Shown piece after piece: positions 29,120 through 38,989 of a DNA stretch of 64,000 bases. Origin of the DNA: an uncultured Opitutia bacterium (GTDB lineage Bacteria > Verrucomicrobiota > Verrucomicrobiia > Opitutales > Opitutaceae); contig CAIQKQ010000043.1 of NCBI GenBank assembly GCA_903872425.1, positions 2,071-66,070 of the forward strand, written 5' to 3'. Numbering within the stretch: position 1 is the first letter of the stretch; each line of letters opens with the position of its first letter. Under the pieces are notes generated by a model. It was not told the DNA's origin and made no database searches. It was given only the letters and a program-made list of their open reading frames with translations. Both the position numbers and the translations under genes were made by a program.

Positions 29120-32100
29120 TCAGCCGCGCTTCGCCCAGCGGCGCTCCTGCTTCAGCTCAAGACGCTTGGTCTCAATTTGCACGCCAGCGACGGCGGGGTG
29201 GGCGCGGAGCTGCTGAAAGGTAGGCGCGTTGAGTTTCCAGCCGAGAGCGTTGCTCGCCTCGGCGATGGGGGCGGCGCGGTTCTCAAACACAAAGGCAAAT
29301 TCGACGCGAGTACTGCCGGGCTGCGCGTTGAGCGTGTCGCGCATCAAGCGCAGGAAGGCAGGCAACTCCGGATGCACCGGGTGGACGAGCCAGGTTACTT
29401 TACGGACCAGCTCGGCGACTTTGGCGTCGAGGGGATAGCACTCCTTGATGTTAAGGCGCGGGCCATCGTTGCCGGCGAGGACGTTGCCTTGCACGAGCAC
29501 CAGGGCATTTTCGGCGAGCGTAGAGCCGTAGGCAGCGTAGGCGTCGGCGAAGAGGTTGAGGGCGGCAGAGGCCTTTCTGGTGGCGATGGTAAACGCGGCC
29601 CAGGGGCGGTTGTCCTTTTTGGACAGTTTTTTCGTGATGCCGCTGGCAATGCCGCAGAGGCGAAACTCGGTGCGGTCGGGCTGTTGCATGAGCGCATCCA
29701 CCGGGAAGGGGTCGAGCGCATCGGCGAGGCCGGCATAGAGGTTCATCGGGTGGCCGGAGACGTAGAAGCCGAGCAGCTCCTTCTCGAAGGCGAGGCGATC
29801 GACCGAGGAGAAATCTTCGGTGGAATTTTCGATTTGGGATTTTCGATTTGGGATCGGATCGGCGACGGAGGAGGAATTTGAAATCTGCGATTTAAGATTT
29901 TCGGAGCCGGGCGCGGACGCGGCGTTGGCGTACTTGGTGGGCGGCTCCTCCAGCATCATGTCCATGAAGCTGTGCTGGCCGGCGGCCTTGTCACGGGCGT
30001 GGGCGGCTACAGCCGACATTGCGGCGTCGATCCCTTCGAAGAGCCTCTTGCGCGGCGCGCCGCTGAAGTCAAACGCGCCGGTTTTCACCAGGTGCTCGAG
30101 CACGCGCTTGTTGATGGCGCGGCCATCCACGCGGTTCATAAAATTGTCGAAGCTAGTAAACGGTCCGGCCACCTCGCGTTCGGCGATGATTTTTTGCGCG
30201 GCGAGTTCGCCGACGCCCTTCACGCCGGCGAGACCAAAGCGGATTTTTTCGCCGACGGGAGTAAACATCTCGCGCGACTCGTTTACATCGGGGCCGAGTA
30301 CCTTAAGGCCCATGGCCTCGCATTCGCCGACGAAGTGCGTGATTTTTTCTGCATTGCCCAGTTCAGAACTGAGCATCGCGGCCATGAACTGCACGGGGGT
30401 AGTTGGCCTTCAGGAAACCGGTCTGGTAGCTCAGGACGGCGTAGGCCGCAGAGTGTGATTTGTTAAAACCGTAGCCGGCGAATTTTTGGAGGATGTCGAA
30501 GATGGCGTCAGCCATTTTAGCCTCGATGGCGTTGACGCGTTTCGCGCCCTCGACGAACTTCGTGCGCTCGGCGGCCATCGCCTTCTCGTCCTTTTTTCCC
30601 ATCGCACGGCGGAGCATGTCGGCGCCGCCGAGCGTGTAGCCGGCGATAATCTTGGCGGCTTCCATGACCTGCTCCTGATAGACCATCACCCCGTAGGTCT
30701 CACGGCAGACTTCCTCCAACAGCGGGTGGGGGAACTTGACCGTGCTCGGGTCCTTTTTGCCGCGCACATAGTCGGGAATCCACTCCATCGGGCCTGGGCG
30801 GTAGAGCGCGATGAGGGCGACAATCTCGTCAATGGTCGAGAGGCCGATCTGGCGGCAGAGATTTTGCATGCCGCCTGATTCCAACTGAAATACGCCTGTC
30901 GTGCGGCCGGAGTTGAGGAGGGTAAAGGTTTTGGCGTCCTCCAACGGGATTTTTTCGATGTCAAACGCAGGGTTGGCGGTGCGGCGGATATTTTCGACGG
31001 CGTCGGCGATGACGGTGAGCGTCTTCAGTCCGAGAAAATCCATTTTGAGCAGGCCAAGCTTGCCGACGGCGCTCATGTCGAACTGCACGGTCACGTCGTC
31101 CTCTTGCAGCGTGAGCGGGACAAAGTTTTCCAGCGGCTGGTCAGTGATGATGATGCCGGCGGCATGCTTACCCGTGTTGCGCACCATGCCCTCAAGCACG
31201 AGCGCTTGGTCGAAGATTTTTTTCGTGACGGGGTTCCTGGCGACCTCGTCGCGCAGCTCAGCGGATTTTTTCGATGCGTCCGTCAGCGAGATGTTCAGCT
31301 CGTCGGGGATCATCTTGGCGAGGCGGTCGGCCTCGGCGTAAGGCAGGCTATGGACGCGCGAAACGTCGCGAATGACCATCTTCGCGCCGAGCGTGCCGTA
31401 GGTGATGATGTTAGCGACGCAATCGTTGCCGTATTTCTGGCGGACGTATTCGATGACCTCGCCGCGCCGTCTCATACAAAAATCAATGTCGAAGTCCGGC
31501 GGCGACACGCGCTCGGGATTGAGAAAGCGCTCGAAGAGCAACTTGAAGCGCAACGGGTCAAGGTTGGTGATGCCGAGCAGGTAGGCGACGAGGCAGCCCG
31601 CGCCTGAGCCGCGGCCAGGGCCAACCGGGATGCCGCGCGCTTTGGCCCATGCGATGAAATCCCAGACAACGAGAAAATAATCAATGAACTTGGTCTTGCC
31701 GATGACGCTCAACTCGAAGTCGAGGCGTTCGCAGAGCGTCTGTGCGAGCGCGGGGTTGGCGGCCTGCGCGCGCGCCGCGTAGTCCACGCCGTAACGGGTG
31801 ATCAGGCCGGAGTGGCAAAGCTCGCGCAGATAGCCGGCGCGGTCGAGCCGCGAGGAGACCTCGGCCGGCAGCGGGTATTTGGGGTAGCGGTCGCTGCCCT
31901 TTGGAAAATCTATTTTCACCTCGCACATCTCGGCGACCAGCTGGGTGTTGGACAGCGATTCGGGTACCTCGGCAAAGGTTTGCGCCATCTCGTCGCGGGT
32001 TTTCAGGTAAAACTGCTCGCTGCCAAAACGCATTCGTTTCTCGTCGGCGATCTTCGCCCCGGTTTGGATGCAGAGCATGGCATCGTGCGGGCCGGCGTCG

Positions 32101-32759
32101 GTGGCGCGGACGTAGTGGACGTCGTTCGTGCAAATCACCTTGAGGCCAAATTCCGCGCCGAGTTTCAGAAGAGCGGGGATGATCTGCCGCTGCTCGGGCA
32201 GGCCGTGGTCCTGCAGCTCGACGAAATAGTTCTCGCGTCCGAAAATATCCACGAAACGCCCGCAGGCGGCGCGCGCCGCATCGTAACGGTCATGGAGCAA
32301 ATGTTGCGGCACAAGCGAGGCGAGACAGCCGGTGAAGCCGATAAGTCCCTCGGCGTGCCGCGCGAGCGTCTCGAGGTCGGTGCGCGGCTTGTAATAAAAG
32401 CCCTTCAAATGCGCGTCGGAGACCAATTTGAGGAGATTTTGGTAGCCCGTGTGGTTTTTCGCTAGCAGGCCGAGGTGAAAGATGGTCTTGCCGTCGTCGT
32501 CCGAGCGGCCGTGTTTTTCGAGCCGCGAGCCCTCAACGAGGTAAAGCTCGCAGCCGAGGAGTGGCTTGATGCCCTTTTCCTTGGCGGTGCTGTAGAAATT
32601 GATCGCTCCGAACAGGTTGCCGTGGTCGGTGAGGGCGAGTGCGCCCATGCCCAGCTCGACAGCGCGGTCCATCAGACGGTCAATGCGGCACGCGCCGTCA
32701 AGTAGGCTGTAGTCGCTATGGACGTGGAGATGGACGAAATTTTGGTCGGGCGACGGCAC
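29120..32759 (-). CDS. dnaE: DNA polymerase III alpha subunit DnaE; the frame is broken by one extra base in a C5/G5 run, giving two ORFs (30363..32759 and 29120..30394)
   Basis: PHP domain [16 protein letters not shown], polymerase core and [22 protein letters not shown] lie in the 5' [21 protein letters not shown], HhH and OB-fold regions lie in the 3' ORF, shifted by +1. GTG start proposed at 32759; the track ORF extension to 33233 was rejected. Confidence 0.9.
29825..29852. repeat. 2 x 14-bp perfect tandem repeat (ATTTTCGATTTGGG) inside the dnaE linker, within an AT-rich ~100-bp patch
   Basis: Read directly. It is followed by 2 x ATCGG and a related AAATCTGCGATTTAAGATTTTC segment, and is translated in-frame as ...[24 protein letters not shown]... 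Confidence 0.9.
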
Positions 32760-32885
32760 AGACCGCCAGCCAAGCCCTTCGCGGGCGCCGCGCAAGGCGG
32801 GAAAAATGCCGTTGACGCCCGCCCCGGCGTCTGGCCTGATGCGACCCTTTTCCCTCCAAAACTCTGTCCATTTTCCTCCGCTCTC

Positions 32886-33083
32886 ATGTCCATCGAAATC
32901 AAAATCCGCAAGAACGAGCCCGTTGACCGCGCCCTGCGCCGCATGAAGAAGAAGCTCGATCGCGAGAACATCATCAAGGGTGTCCGCGCCAAGCGCTACA
33001 ACGAGAAGCCCTGCGAGAAGCGCCGCCGCAAGAACAAGGTCATGGCCTTCACCGCGATGCTGCGCCGCCGTCACGCCGAGTGA
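32886..33083 (+). CDS. rpsU: 30S ribosomal protein S21
   Basis: 65 aa: [49 protein letters not shown]... matches the S21 pattern. Divergent from dnaE. Confidence 0.9.
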   Translation: MSIEIKIRKNEPVDRALRRMKKKLDRENIIKGVRAKRYNEKPCEKRRRKNKVMAFTAMLRRRHAE

Positions 33084-33104
33084 CGATTGCCCTGCTGCCC
33101 GCCG

Positions 33105-33141
33105 CCGCGCCCGCGCCTGTCCGGGGCGCGGTTTTTGTTTT
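33105..33141 (+). terminator. intrinsic terminator downstream of rpsU
   Basis: CCGCGCCC (33105-33112) pairs with GGGCGCGG (33124-33131), followed by TTTTTGTTTT. Confidence 0.6.
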
Positions 33142-33183
33142 GGTTGCTTGCCTTGCCCCCGTCTTTCATCCTGCCGCCCCAAG

Positions 33184-34140
33184 GTGAAACCCACGCTCGC
33201 CCTCTCCACCAGTTGGAACTCGTTCCGCCACATGGATGGCTACGCCATGCTGCGCGAGATTGCCGATCTCGGCTTCACCCACGCTGAACTCAGCCACGGC
33301 ATCCGCATCGTGCTCGTGCCGGGCATCATTCAAGCCCTTGAGGAGGGCTTCATTAAGATCAGCTCGACGCACAATTTTTGCCCGCTCCCCGCCGGCATCG
33401 TCATGCCGGCACCCAACCTCTTTGAGCCGTCGGCTCCCAGCGATCAGGAGCGCGAGCAATGGCTACGGCAGACGAAGCGCTCCATTGACTTCGCGGCGCA
33501 GGTGAAGTCCCAGGTGCTTGTGTGCCATCTCGGCAGCGTGCGCTTCTTCTGGCTCCACCCCGCGCGCAAACTCAAGCCCTGGCTCGACGCCCACCCCGAC
33601 ACCGTAGTCGCCACCGACCGCACCTACCAGGCGATGCTCAAGCAGGCCGTCGCCAAGCTCCGGCAGCGCATGCCGCCTTTCTGGACCCGCGTGAAAAACA
33701 GTATTAACGACGTCACGGCCTACGCCGCCGAGCGCGGTGTGAAGCTCGGTTTCGAAAACCGCGAAAAATTTGAGGAGCTACCCGTGGACGAGGACTACGC
33801 CGCCTTCCTTGACGCGCTTCCAGTGCCGAACCCCTGTGGTTACTGGCACGACACCGGTCATGCGCAGATTAAGCAGAACCTCGGCCTGCTTGACCACCGC
33901 GCCCACCTCGAGAAAATGGCCCCGCGTCTGCTCGGCTTCCATCTCCACGACGTGAGCGAGCAAGGCAAAGACCACCAGCCCGTCGGCTCCGGCAAGATTG
34001 ATTTCAAGATGATCAGCCAGTTCTGGCGGCCCGAGCACTTGCTCACCCTGGAATTCAGCCCGCGCTTGACCGTGGACGAAGTGCGCTGGTCGAAGGAGCG
34101 CATTGAGAAGCTAATGGCCGAAGCGCCAGCGCTAGGGTGA
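33184..34140 (+). CDS. sugar phosphate isomerase/epimerase (xylose isomerase-like TIM barrel)
   Basis: About 318 aa from a GTG start ([14 protein letters not shown]), with metal-ligand-like motifs FENRE, WHDTGH and HLHD. The upstream part of the track ORF overlaps rpsU and was rejected. Confidence 0.8.
   Translation: MKPTLALSTSWNSFRHMDGYAMLREIADLGFTHAELSHGIRIVLVPGIIQALEEGFIKISSTHNFCPLPAGIVMPAPNLFEPSAPSDQEREQWLRQTKRSIDFAAQVKSQVLVCHLGSVRFFWLHPARKLKPWLDAHPDTVVATDRTYQAMLKQAVAKLRQRMPPFWTRVKNSINDVTAYAAERGVKLGFENREKFEELPVDEDYAAFLDALPVPNPCGYWHDTGHAQIKQNLGLLDHRAHLEKMAPRLLGFHLHDVSEQGKDHQPVGSGKIDFKMISQFWRPEHLLTLEFSPRLTVDEVRWSKERIEKLMAEAPALG
34032..34140 (+). repeat. direct repeat copy A (functional 3' end of the isomerase gene)
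   Basis: 109 bp, 99/109 identical by my hand alignment to 34691-34799. Confidence 0.9.
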
Positions 34141-34163
34141 TAGGTTAATCGCAAGGCACAATC

Positions 34164-34643
34164 ATGCCTGTCATCCGGCTGGAGACTCACATTGCTGCGC
34201 CACTAGATCGAGTCTTTGACTTGGCACGAAGCATCGACGCCCATCAAGACACGACGGAACGAACGGGAGAAAAGGCTGTTGCCGGCGTTCTCTCGGGATT
34301 GATCGGCGCAAACGAAGAAGTTACATGGGAGGCTAAACATTTTGGAGTCAGACAACGGCTTAGTGTGAAAATCACGCAGTTTGATCGGCCGAGCCATTTT
34401 CAGGACATAATGGTCAAGGGGGCTTTTGACCACATGAAGCACGATCATTTTTTCGCGTCCCGTGACGGCGGCACTTTGATGACCGACCGATTTGAGTTCG
34501 GCGCCCCGCTCGGCTTTCTCGGTCGAATCGCTGAGAAGTTATTTCTCACCGACTATATGCGTGGTTTTATTGTGCGACGGAATGCGATTTTGAAACAAAT
34601 CGCAGAATCAGACGGCTGGAGAAAATACGTCAAGTCAGGCTGA
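34164..34643 (+). CDS. SRPBCC-superfamily protein (cyclase/dehydrase, START-like fold)
   Basis: 159 aa with the LETHIAAPLDRVFDL...WEAKHFGVRQRLSVKIT...DRFEFGAPLGFLG pattern. Visibly AT-richer than neighbouring genes. Confidence 0.78.
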   Translation: MPVIRLETHIAAPLDRVFDLARSIDAHQDTTERTGEKAVAGVLSGLIGANEEVTWEAKHFGVRQRLSVKITQFDRPSHFQDIMVKGAFDHMKHDHFFASRDGGTLMTDRFEFGAPLGFLGRIAEKLFLTDYMRGFIVRRNAILKQIAESDGWRKYVKSG

Positions 34644-34690
34644 CGGAACCTTGGCCCAGATCTGGTTGCCTTGTTAGTAATTCTGCCACT

Positions 34691-34799
34691 CGAGCACTTG
34701 CTCACCCTGGAATTGAGCCCGCGCTTGACCGTGGACGAAGTGCGCTGGTCGAAGGAACGCATCGAGAAGCTGATGGCCGAGGCTCCGGGGCTGGCGTGA
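34691..34799 (+). repeat. direct repeat copy B: orphan 3' fragment of an isomerase gene ([36 protein letters not shown]-stop) with no 5' part
   Basis: Aligns without gaps to 34032-34140. Of 10 differences, 7 are synonymous third-position changes in the isomerase frame. Confidence 0.88.
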
Positions 34800-34892
34800 C
34801 GCTGTCCGAAGGTGGAACGCGACGTTCCCGGCGCGTTCGGCTTGTTGTAAGCCAGCTTAGCGAACGCACCGGTCAGTTTTCAAAGGCTCGTG

Positions 34893-35243
34893 TTACCAAG
34901 TCCCGACATCAGCTTCCGAGTAAGTCCACCTTGGACGTTCCCGCTCTCCGTTGGTTCTGTTGTAATAATAAATTGGTCCGCCTTTTGTTCCAGCCAGATC
35001 GCTGGGCAGTTTGTATTCGATCCAGATTTCATCGGGTGAAACAGCGCCGACATCTTTGATGACATAACCTTTCATACTCGTCGCAGTATCCTGAAGATTT
35101 CGCCAATCCCAAGGTGTGATACCAAGCTTTTTGGACAACGCGGGATCGCTCGGTTTGTAATAGGCCTTTGGCGTGTGGCGCGGGAGGCAGCCGACAAGAA
35201 ATGCCATAAGCAGGTAGGCGAGAACGCCGGTTCGTGTTTTCAT
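34893..35243 (-). CDS. small lipoprotein, unknown function
   Basis: 116 aa with signal peptide and lipobox MKTRTGVLAYLLMAFLVGC. AT-richer than its surroundings. No family recognised. Confidence 0.65.
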   Translation of the reverse strand: MKTRTGVLAYLLMAFLVGCLPRHTPKAYYKPSDPALSKKLGITPWDWRNLQDTATSMKGYVIKDVGAVSPDEIWIEYKLPSDLAGTKGGPIYYYNRTNGERERPRWTYSEADVGTW

Positions 35244-35322
35244 GGTGAAGCTTCCGATAGAGTTAGGTCACCCTGATTTTTCGGTCGAGCGGTGGGATTG
35301 GACTCTTTCATCACGACACAGG

Positions 35323-36381
35323 CTATGACGCCTCAGCCCGCCGCTCGGTCACACGCAAAATCTCTTCCACCCATCGCCGGTGCGGGCCGGAGAGTGTGAG
35401 CGCGTCGAGCTTCGCCAACGGAACCCACACCAAGCCGTCACCGAGTTTGCCGCGCGGCGGCGATGTAGCGTAAATTTTTTCCGTAATGACGAAGCGCGTG
35501 ATGCTACGCTGCCGGCGCGCAAGCAGTTCGCCACACGCGACGGCGGCGTCCGCCAGTCCGGCTTGCGCCGCCGTGGGCAGTTCGTGCTGGCCGGCAAGCC
35601 GCTTCGCACCGGCGGACGCGCGATGTAGCAGCAGTGCGCCGCGACGCACGCACCACATGCGCACGACCTCGCGGCGCTCGGTTTTCTTTGACGCGAAACG
35701 CGGAAATTTTTCGGGTTCGCCTGTCCGCGCTCCGGCGCAAAACGGGCGCACGGGGCAGACCAGGCAGAGCGGGTTTTGCCGCAGGCAGACGGTCGCGCCC
35801 AGTTCCATTATTGCCTCGTTGTGCGCGCCGGGATTTTCTGTTGGCAGCAATGCCTCGGCAAGCGCGGCAAATTGTTTCGCCGCGCTGGCGCTGTCGCGGA
35901 ACTCTGTGGCGTCGGCCGTGAGCCGCGCGAGGATGCGGACGACGTTGCCGTCCACGCAGGCCGCGCGCGCGCCGAATGCGATGCTGGTGACCGCCGCTGC
36001 CGTGTAGGGCCCGACGCCCGGCAGTTCGAGCCACTCCTCCGGCGTGCGCGGCAGCGTGGGTCGGGCGGCGACGATTTTGGCGAGCCCGTGCAGGTTGCGC
36101 GCGCGCGAATAGTACCCGAGGCCCTCCCAGAGCTTGAGCACGCGCGCCTCGGGCGCGGCGGCGAGTGTGGCGAAGTCGGGCAGCGCGGCGAGCCAGCGCG
36201 CAAGGTAAGGCAGGACGGTTTTCACTTGCGTCTGCTGGAGCATGAACTCGCTCACCACCGTCTTGTAGGGCGACGGCGACACGCGCCAAGGCAGTACCCG
36301 CGCGTGCGTGCGAAACCACCCGCGTAACGCGTGCTGGAAGCCAGCCTTGGCCGCGAAGAGGACTTCGGAGTGATTGACCAC
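35323..36381 (-). CDS. mutY: A/G-specific adenine DNA glycosylase
   Basis: HhH-GPD motif (LPGVGPYTAAAV), 4Fe-4S cysteines (CLRQNPLCLVCPVRPFC) and a NUDIX-like C-terminal domain. Confidence 0.9.
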   Translation of the reverse strand: MVNHSEVLFAAKAGFQHALRGWFRTHARVLPWRVSPSPYKTVVSEFMLQQTQVKTVLPYLARWLAALPDFATLAAAPEARVLKLWEGLGYYSRARNLHGLAKIVAARPTLPRTPEEWLELPGVGPYTAAAVTSIAFGARAACVDGNVVRILARLTADATEFRDSASAAKQFAALAEALLPTENPGAHNEAIMELGATVCLRQNPLCLVCPVRPFCAGARTGEPEKFPRFASKKTERREVVRMWCVRRGALLLHRASAGAKRLAGQHELPTAAQAGLADAAVACGELLARRQRSITRFVITEKIYATSPPRGKLGDGLVWVPLAKLDALTLSGPHRRWVEEILRVTERRAEAS

Positions 36382-36510
36382 AAAACATGAGAAGTCACAA
36401 AATGCCTGTCGAAGAAAGCCATGTTTTGTGCGCCAACAGCAGTATTAATTCCCCGCTTCCCAATCGCCCGTCACCTGCCCACTCTTCTACTCGATTCACT
36501 CCTGTCTGTC

Positions 36511-38541
36511 ATGAACACCTCTCCCGTCCGTTCGTTGCCTATTTTTTTCGCTCTCGCCACCGCTTGCACCGTCGCTTTCGCCGCCACTGGGCCGGCTGAC
36601 CTCGCCGCGCTTCGGGCCAACGCTGAGAAGGGTAATCCCGTCGCTGAATACCTGCTCGGCCTCGTGAGTGCCGACCCGAACGAGCCGGCGCACGACCCGG
36701 TCGAAGCTTACGTCTGGCTGACGCTCTCCACGGCGGGTGGCGCGACGGCCAAGCAACTCGACGCAGTTCGCGCGCAGCTCACGCCGGACCAGCTCGCCGC
36801 CGCGCAGCAACGCGTTGCCGCTTTAGGCGGCAGCTCCGTCTCGCCGGCGCCGGCTGAGCTCGCGCCCTCACCGCCCGCCGTCGCGTTGGAGACGGATAGG
36901 CTGAAAGCAGCGCTCGCCACCCAGCAGATGAAAGCCGATCTCCGCGAGGCTGACCTCCGGACGCTCAACCACCAACTCGCCGACACCACCAAGCGCCTCG
37001 ACACGACGTTGGCTAGTCTTGTCGCGCGAGACAAGGAGCTCGCGTCGCTTAAGTCCCGCACACCCGCCGCGCTGGGGACCGCCACCGCGCCGACGGCCGA
37101 GCTCGACCAGCTTCGCCGCGAACGTGACGAAGCCCACGAGGCCGCCACCAACGCCGAGGCCGCGCGCGCTGAGCTGCACCGCCAGCTTCAAGAGGCCATT
37201 GCGAAACACGCCGCACTCCAAGCCGACCTCGTCGCTGCCCGCGCTGAGAAAGTTTCCCTACAGCAGGCAGCCGCGCAATCCGCCACGGCTGCGAAAGAGC
37301 GCGACGGCCTCGCCAAGGAGCGCGACACGTTGAAAGCCCAACTTGCGGCCGGCCAAGTGGACCAGATCGCCAAAATCGCCGCGAAAGACCAGGAAATCGT
37401 TGCCTTGCGTTCTGCTGCGGCCGCGACGGCGAAAGATGCGGCTGCCGCACAGGCCAGCCTCGCCACCACGATCACCGACAAAAACTCTCTTCAGCAGCAG
37501 CTCACCAAGCTCACGGCCGACCGCGCTGCCGAGCAGAAACAGGCCCAGGCCACTGCTGCCTCCGCCAAGGCCAAGCTCGATGAAACGGCCGCGTTGGCGG
37601 CGGCGGCAGCCAAGGCCCGCGATGCCGCCGTGCAAGAGCGCGACAGCCTCGCCAAGCAGCTCGCGACCACCATAGAGGGCACGTCGGCCACCGCCGCCCT
37701 CAAGTCGCAGCTCGCCGCCAAGGACAATGAAATCGCCAACCTGCGCGCCGCCGCCAAGGAGAACGAAGCCGCCCACGCCGCCGCCCTCAGTGGCTTGTCA
37801 GTCGCCGAGAACAACCGCCTCGCTGCACAGCAGGTGGAAATAGACCGACTGCGGGCGCAGCTCGCCATTGCCGCGGCTCCGGCCGCTAGTCATGCTGATT
37901 CAGCCGACGCCGCGCTCAGGCAGCAGCTGGCCGAGGCTACCGGCAAGCTCGACACTTCGCTCCGCGCTTATTCTCTCCAACAGGCTGAACTTGACCGCCT
38001 GCAGAAAGCCCTCGCCGACCTCGACGCTGAACGCGCCGCCACCGCCGCCAAATTAGCCGACGCCGGCAAGGTTAGTGACGAACGCGCCACCGCCGGTACA
38101 CGTTTGCAAGCCGACCTTGACGCCATCCGCGCGGCCGCCACCCGCCTCACCACAGAGCTTGCCACCACGCGTGAACAGGCGCGCCTTGCACAAGACGCCG
38201 CCGCCTCGGCAGCCGCCGATAACCAATATCTGAAAACCCGTCTCGCCTTCGCCGACCCAACGGCTGCGGCCGCGACGACCTCAGCCCCCAGTCGCGCGCC
38301 GATCGTGGACGCGGTGCCGGCGGCCCTTGCTCCTTCGATTACGGTCGCCTCGGCCCAGCCGCCGTCAGTGAGCACGGTCGAGCCGCGCATTCACACGGTT
38401 GCCGCCGGCGATACCTTGAGCGGCCTCGCCAAAAAATACTACGGCAGCGCGGCGCGCTGGACCGCCATCCTCGACGCCAACCGCGCCGTCCTCAAAAATC
38501 CCAACATTCTTCCCGTCGGCTCGAAATTAAAAATTCCCTGA
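36511..38541 (+). CDS. secreted Ala/Gln-rich coiled-coil protein with an N-terminal Sel1-like repeat and a C-terminal LysM domain
   Basis: Signal peptide MNTSPVRSLPIFFALATACTVAFA, then about 500 aa of coiled-coil-type sequence, then LysM (HTVAAGDTLSGLAKKYYGSAARWTAILDANRAVLKNPNILPVGSKLKIP). Confidence 0.8.
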   Translation: MNTSPVRSLPIFFALATACTVAFAATGPADLAALRANAEKGNPVAEYLLGLVSADPNEPAHDPVEAYVWLTLSTAGGATAKQLDAVRAQLTPDQLAAAQQRVAALGGSSVSPAPAELAPSPPAVALETDRLKAALATQQMKADLREADLRTLNHQLADTTKRLDTTLASLVARDKELASLKSRTPAALGTATAPTAELDQLRRERDEAHEAATNAEAARAELHRQLQEAIAKHAALQADLVAARAEKVSLQQAAAQSATAAKERDGLAKERDTLKAQLAAGQVDQIAKIAAKDQEIVALRSAAAATAKDAAAAQASLATTITDKNSLQQQLTKLTADRAAEQKQAQATAASAKAKLDETAALAAAAAKARDAAVQERDSLAKQLATTIEGTSATAALKSQLAAKDNEIANLRAAAKENEAAHAAALSGLSVAENNRLAAQQVEIDRLRAQLAIAAAPAASHADSADAALRQQLAEATGKLDTSLRAYSLQQAELDRLQKALADLDAERAATAAKLADAGKVSDERATAGTRLQADLDAIRAAATRLTTELATTREQARLAQDAAASAAADNQYLKTRLAFADPTAAAATTSAPSRAPIVDAVPAALAPSITVASAQPPSVSTVEPRIHTVAAGDTLSGLAKKYYGSAARWTAILDANRAVLKNPNILPVGSKLKIP

Positions 38542-38597
38542 ATCATCGGTCGTTTTAACCTTCATCATTTAACCCTCATCGTTCATTCTTTTCCACC

Positions 38598-38930
38598 ATG
38601 CCTAACCTTCCAGCCCAATTCGCCAACGTCACGGTCGTGACCAAGGCCAATGTGTATTTCGACGGCAAAGTCGTCAGTCACTCGGTGCTCTTCGCCGACG
38701 GATCGAAGAAGACGCTCGGCCTCATTTGCCCCGGCTCGTACCACTTCGGCACCGGCGCGCCCGAGCGCATGGAGATCGTCGCTGGCGCATGTCGCGTGAC
38801 GCTGGACGGTGCGACGGCCACCAAGGACTATGCCGCTGGCACCGCGTTCGATGTGCCGGGTAAAAGTGGCTTTACGATCGAGGTGAAGGCCGACCTCTGC
38901 GAATACATCTGCTCCTTCCTCCCGGCCTAA
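38598..38930 (+). CDS. ppnP: pyrimidine/purine nucleoside phosphorylase PpnP (DUF1255/YaiE)
   Basis: 110 aa cupin-like protein with [12 protein letters not shown]...G.YHFGT..PE.MEIVAG pattern. Confidence 0.82.
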   Translation: MPNLPAQFANVTVVTKANVYFDGKVVSHSVLFADGSKKTLGLICPGSYHFGTGAPERMEIVAGACRVTLDGATATKDYAAGTAFDVPGKSGFTIEVKADLCEYICSFLPA

Positions 38931-38989
38931 GGGCGCCGGGCAGAATTGCCCTTGAACCCGCGTGAGGGCTTGTCACGTTTGTGGGTTGC

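Noticed and set aside
30363-30400. Programmed +1 ribosomal frameshifting as the explanation for the dnaE break
   Set aside because: No in-frame stop or evidently rare codon at the shift site, and I know of no precedent for recoding in dnaE (the known case is dnaX). A homopolymer length error is more parsimonious. I kept it only as an alternative in the finding.
32760-33233. 158-codon N-terminal extension of the dnaE ORF in the track
   Set aside because: No DnaE similarity before the PHP motif [10 protein letters not shown]. The extension is antisense to the clearly real rpsU gene. An in-frame GTG at 32759 gives a normal N-terminus.
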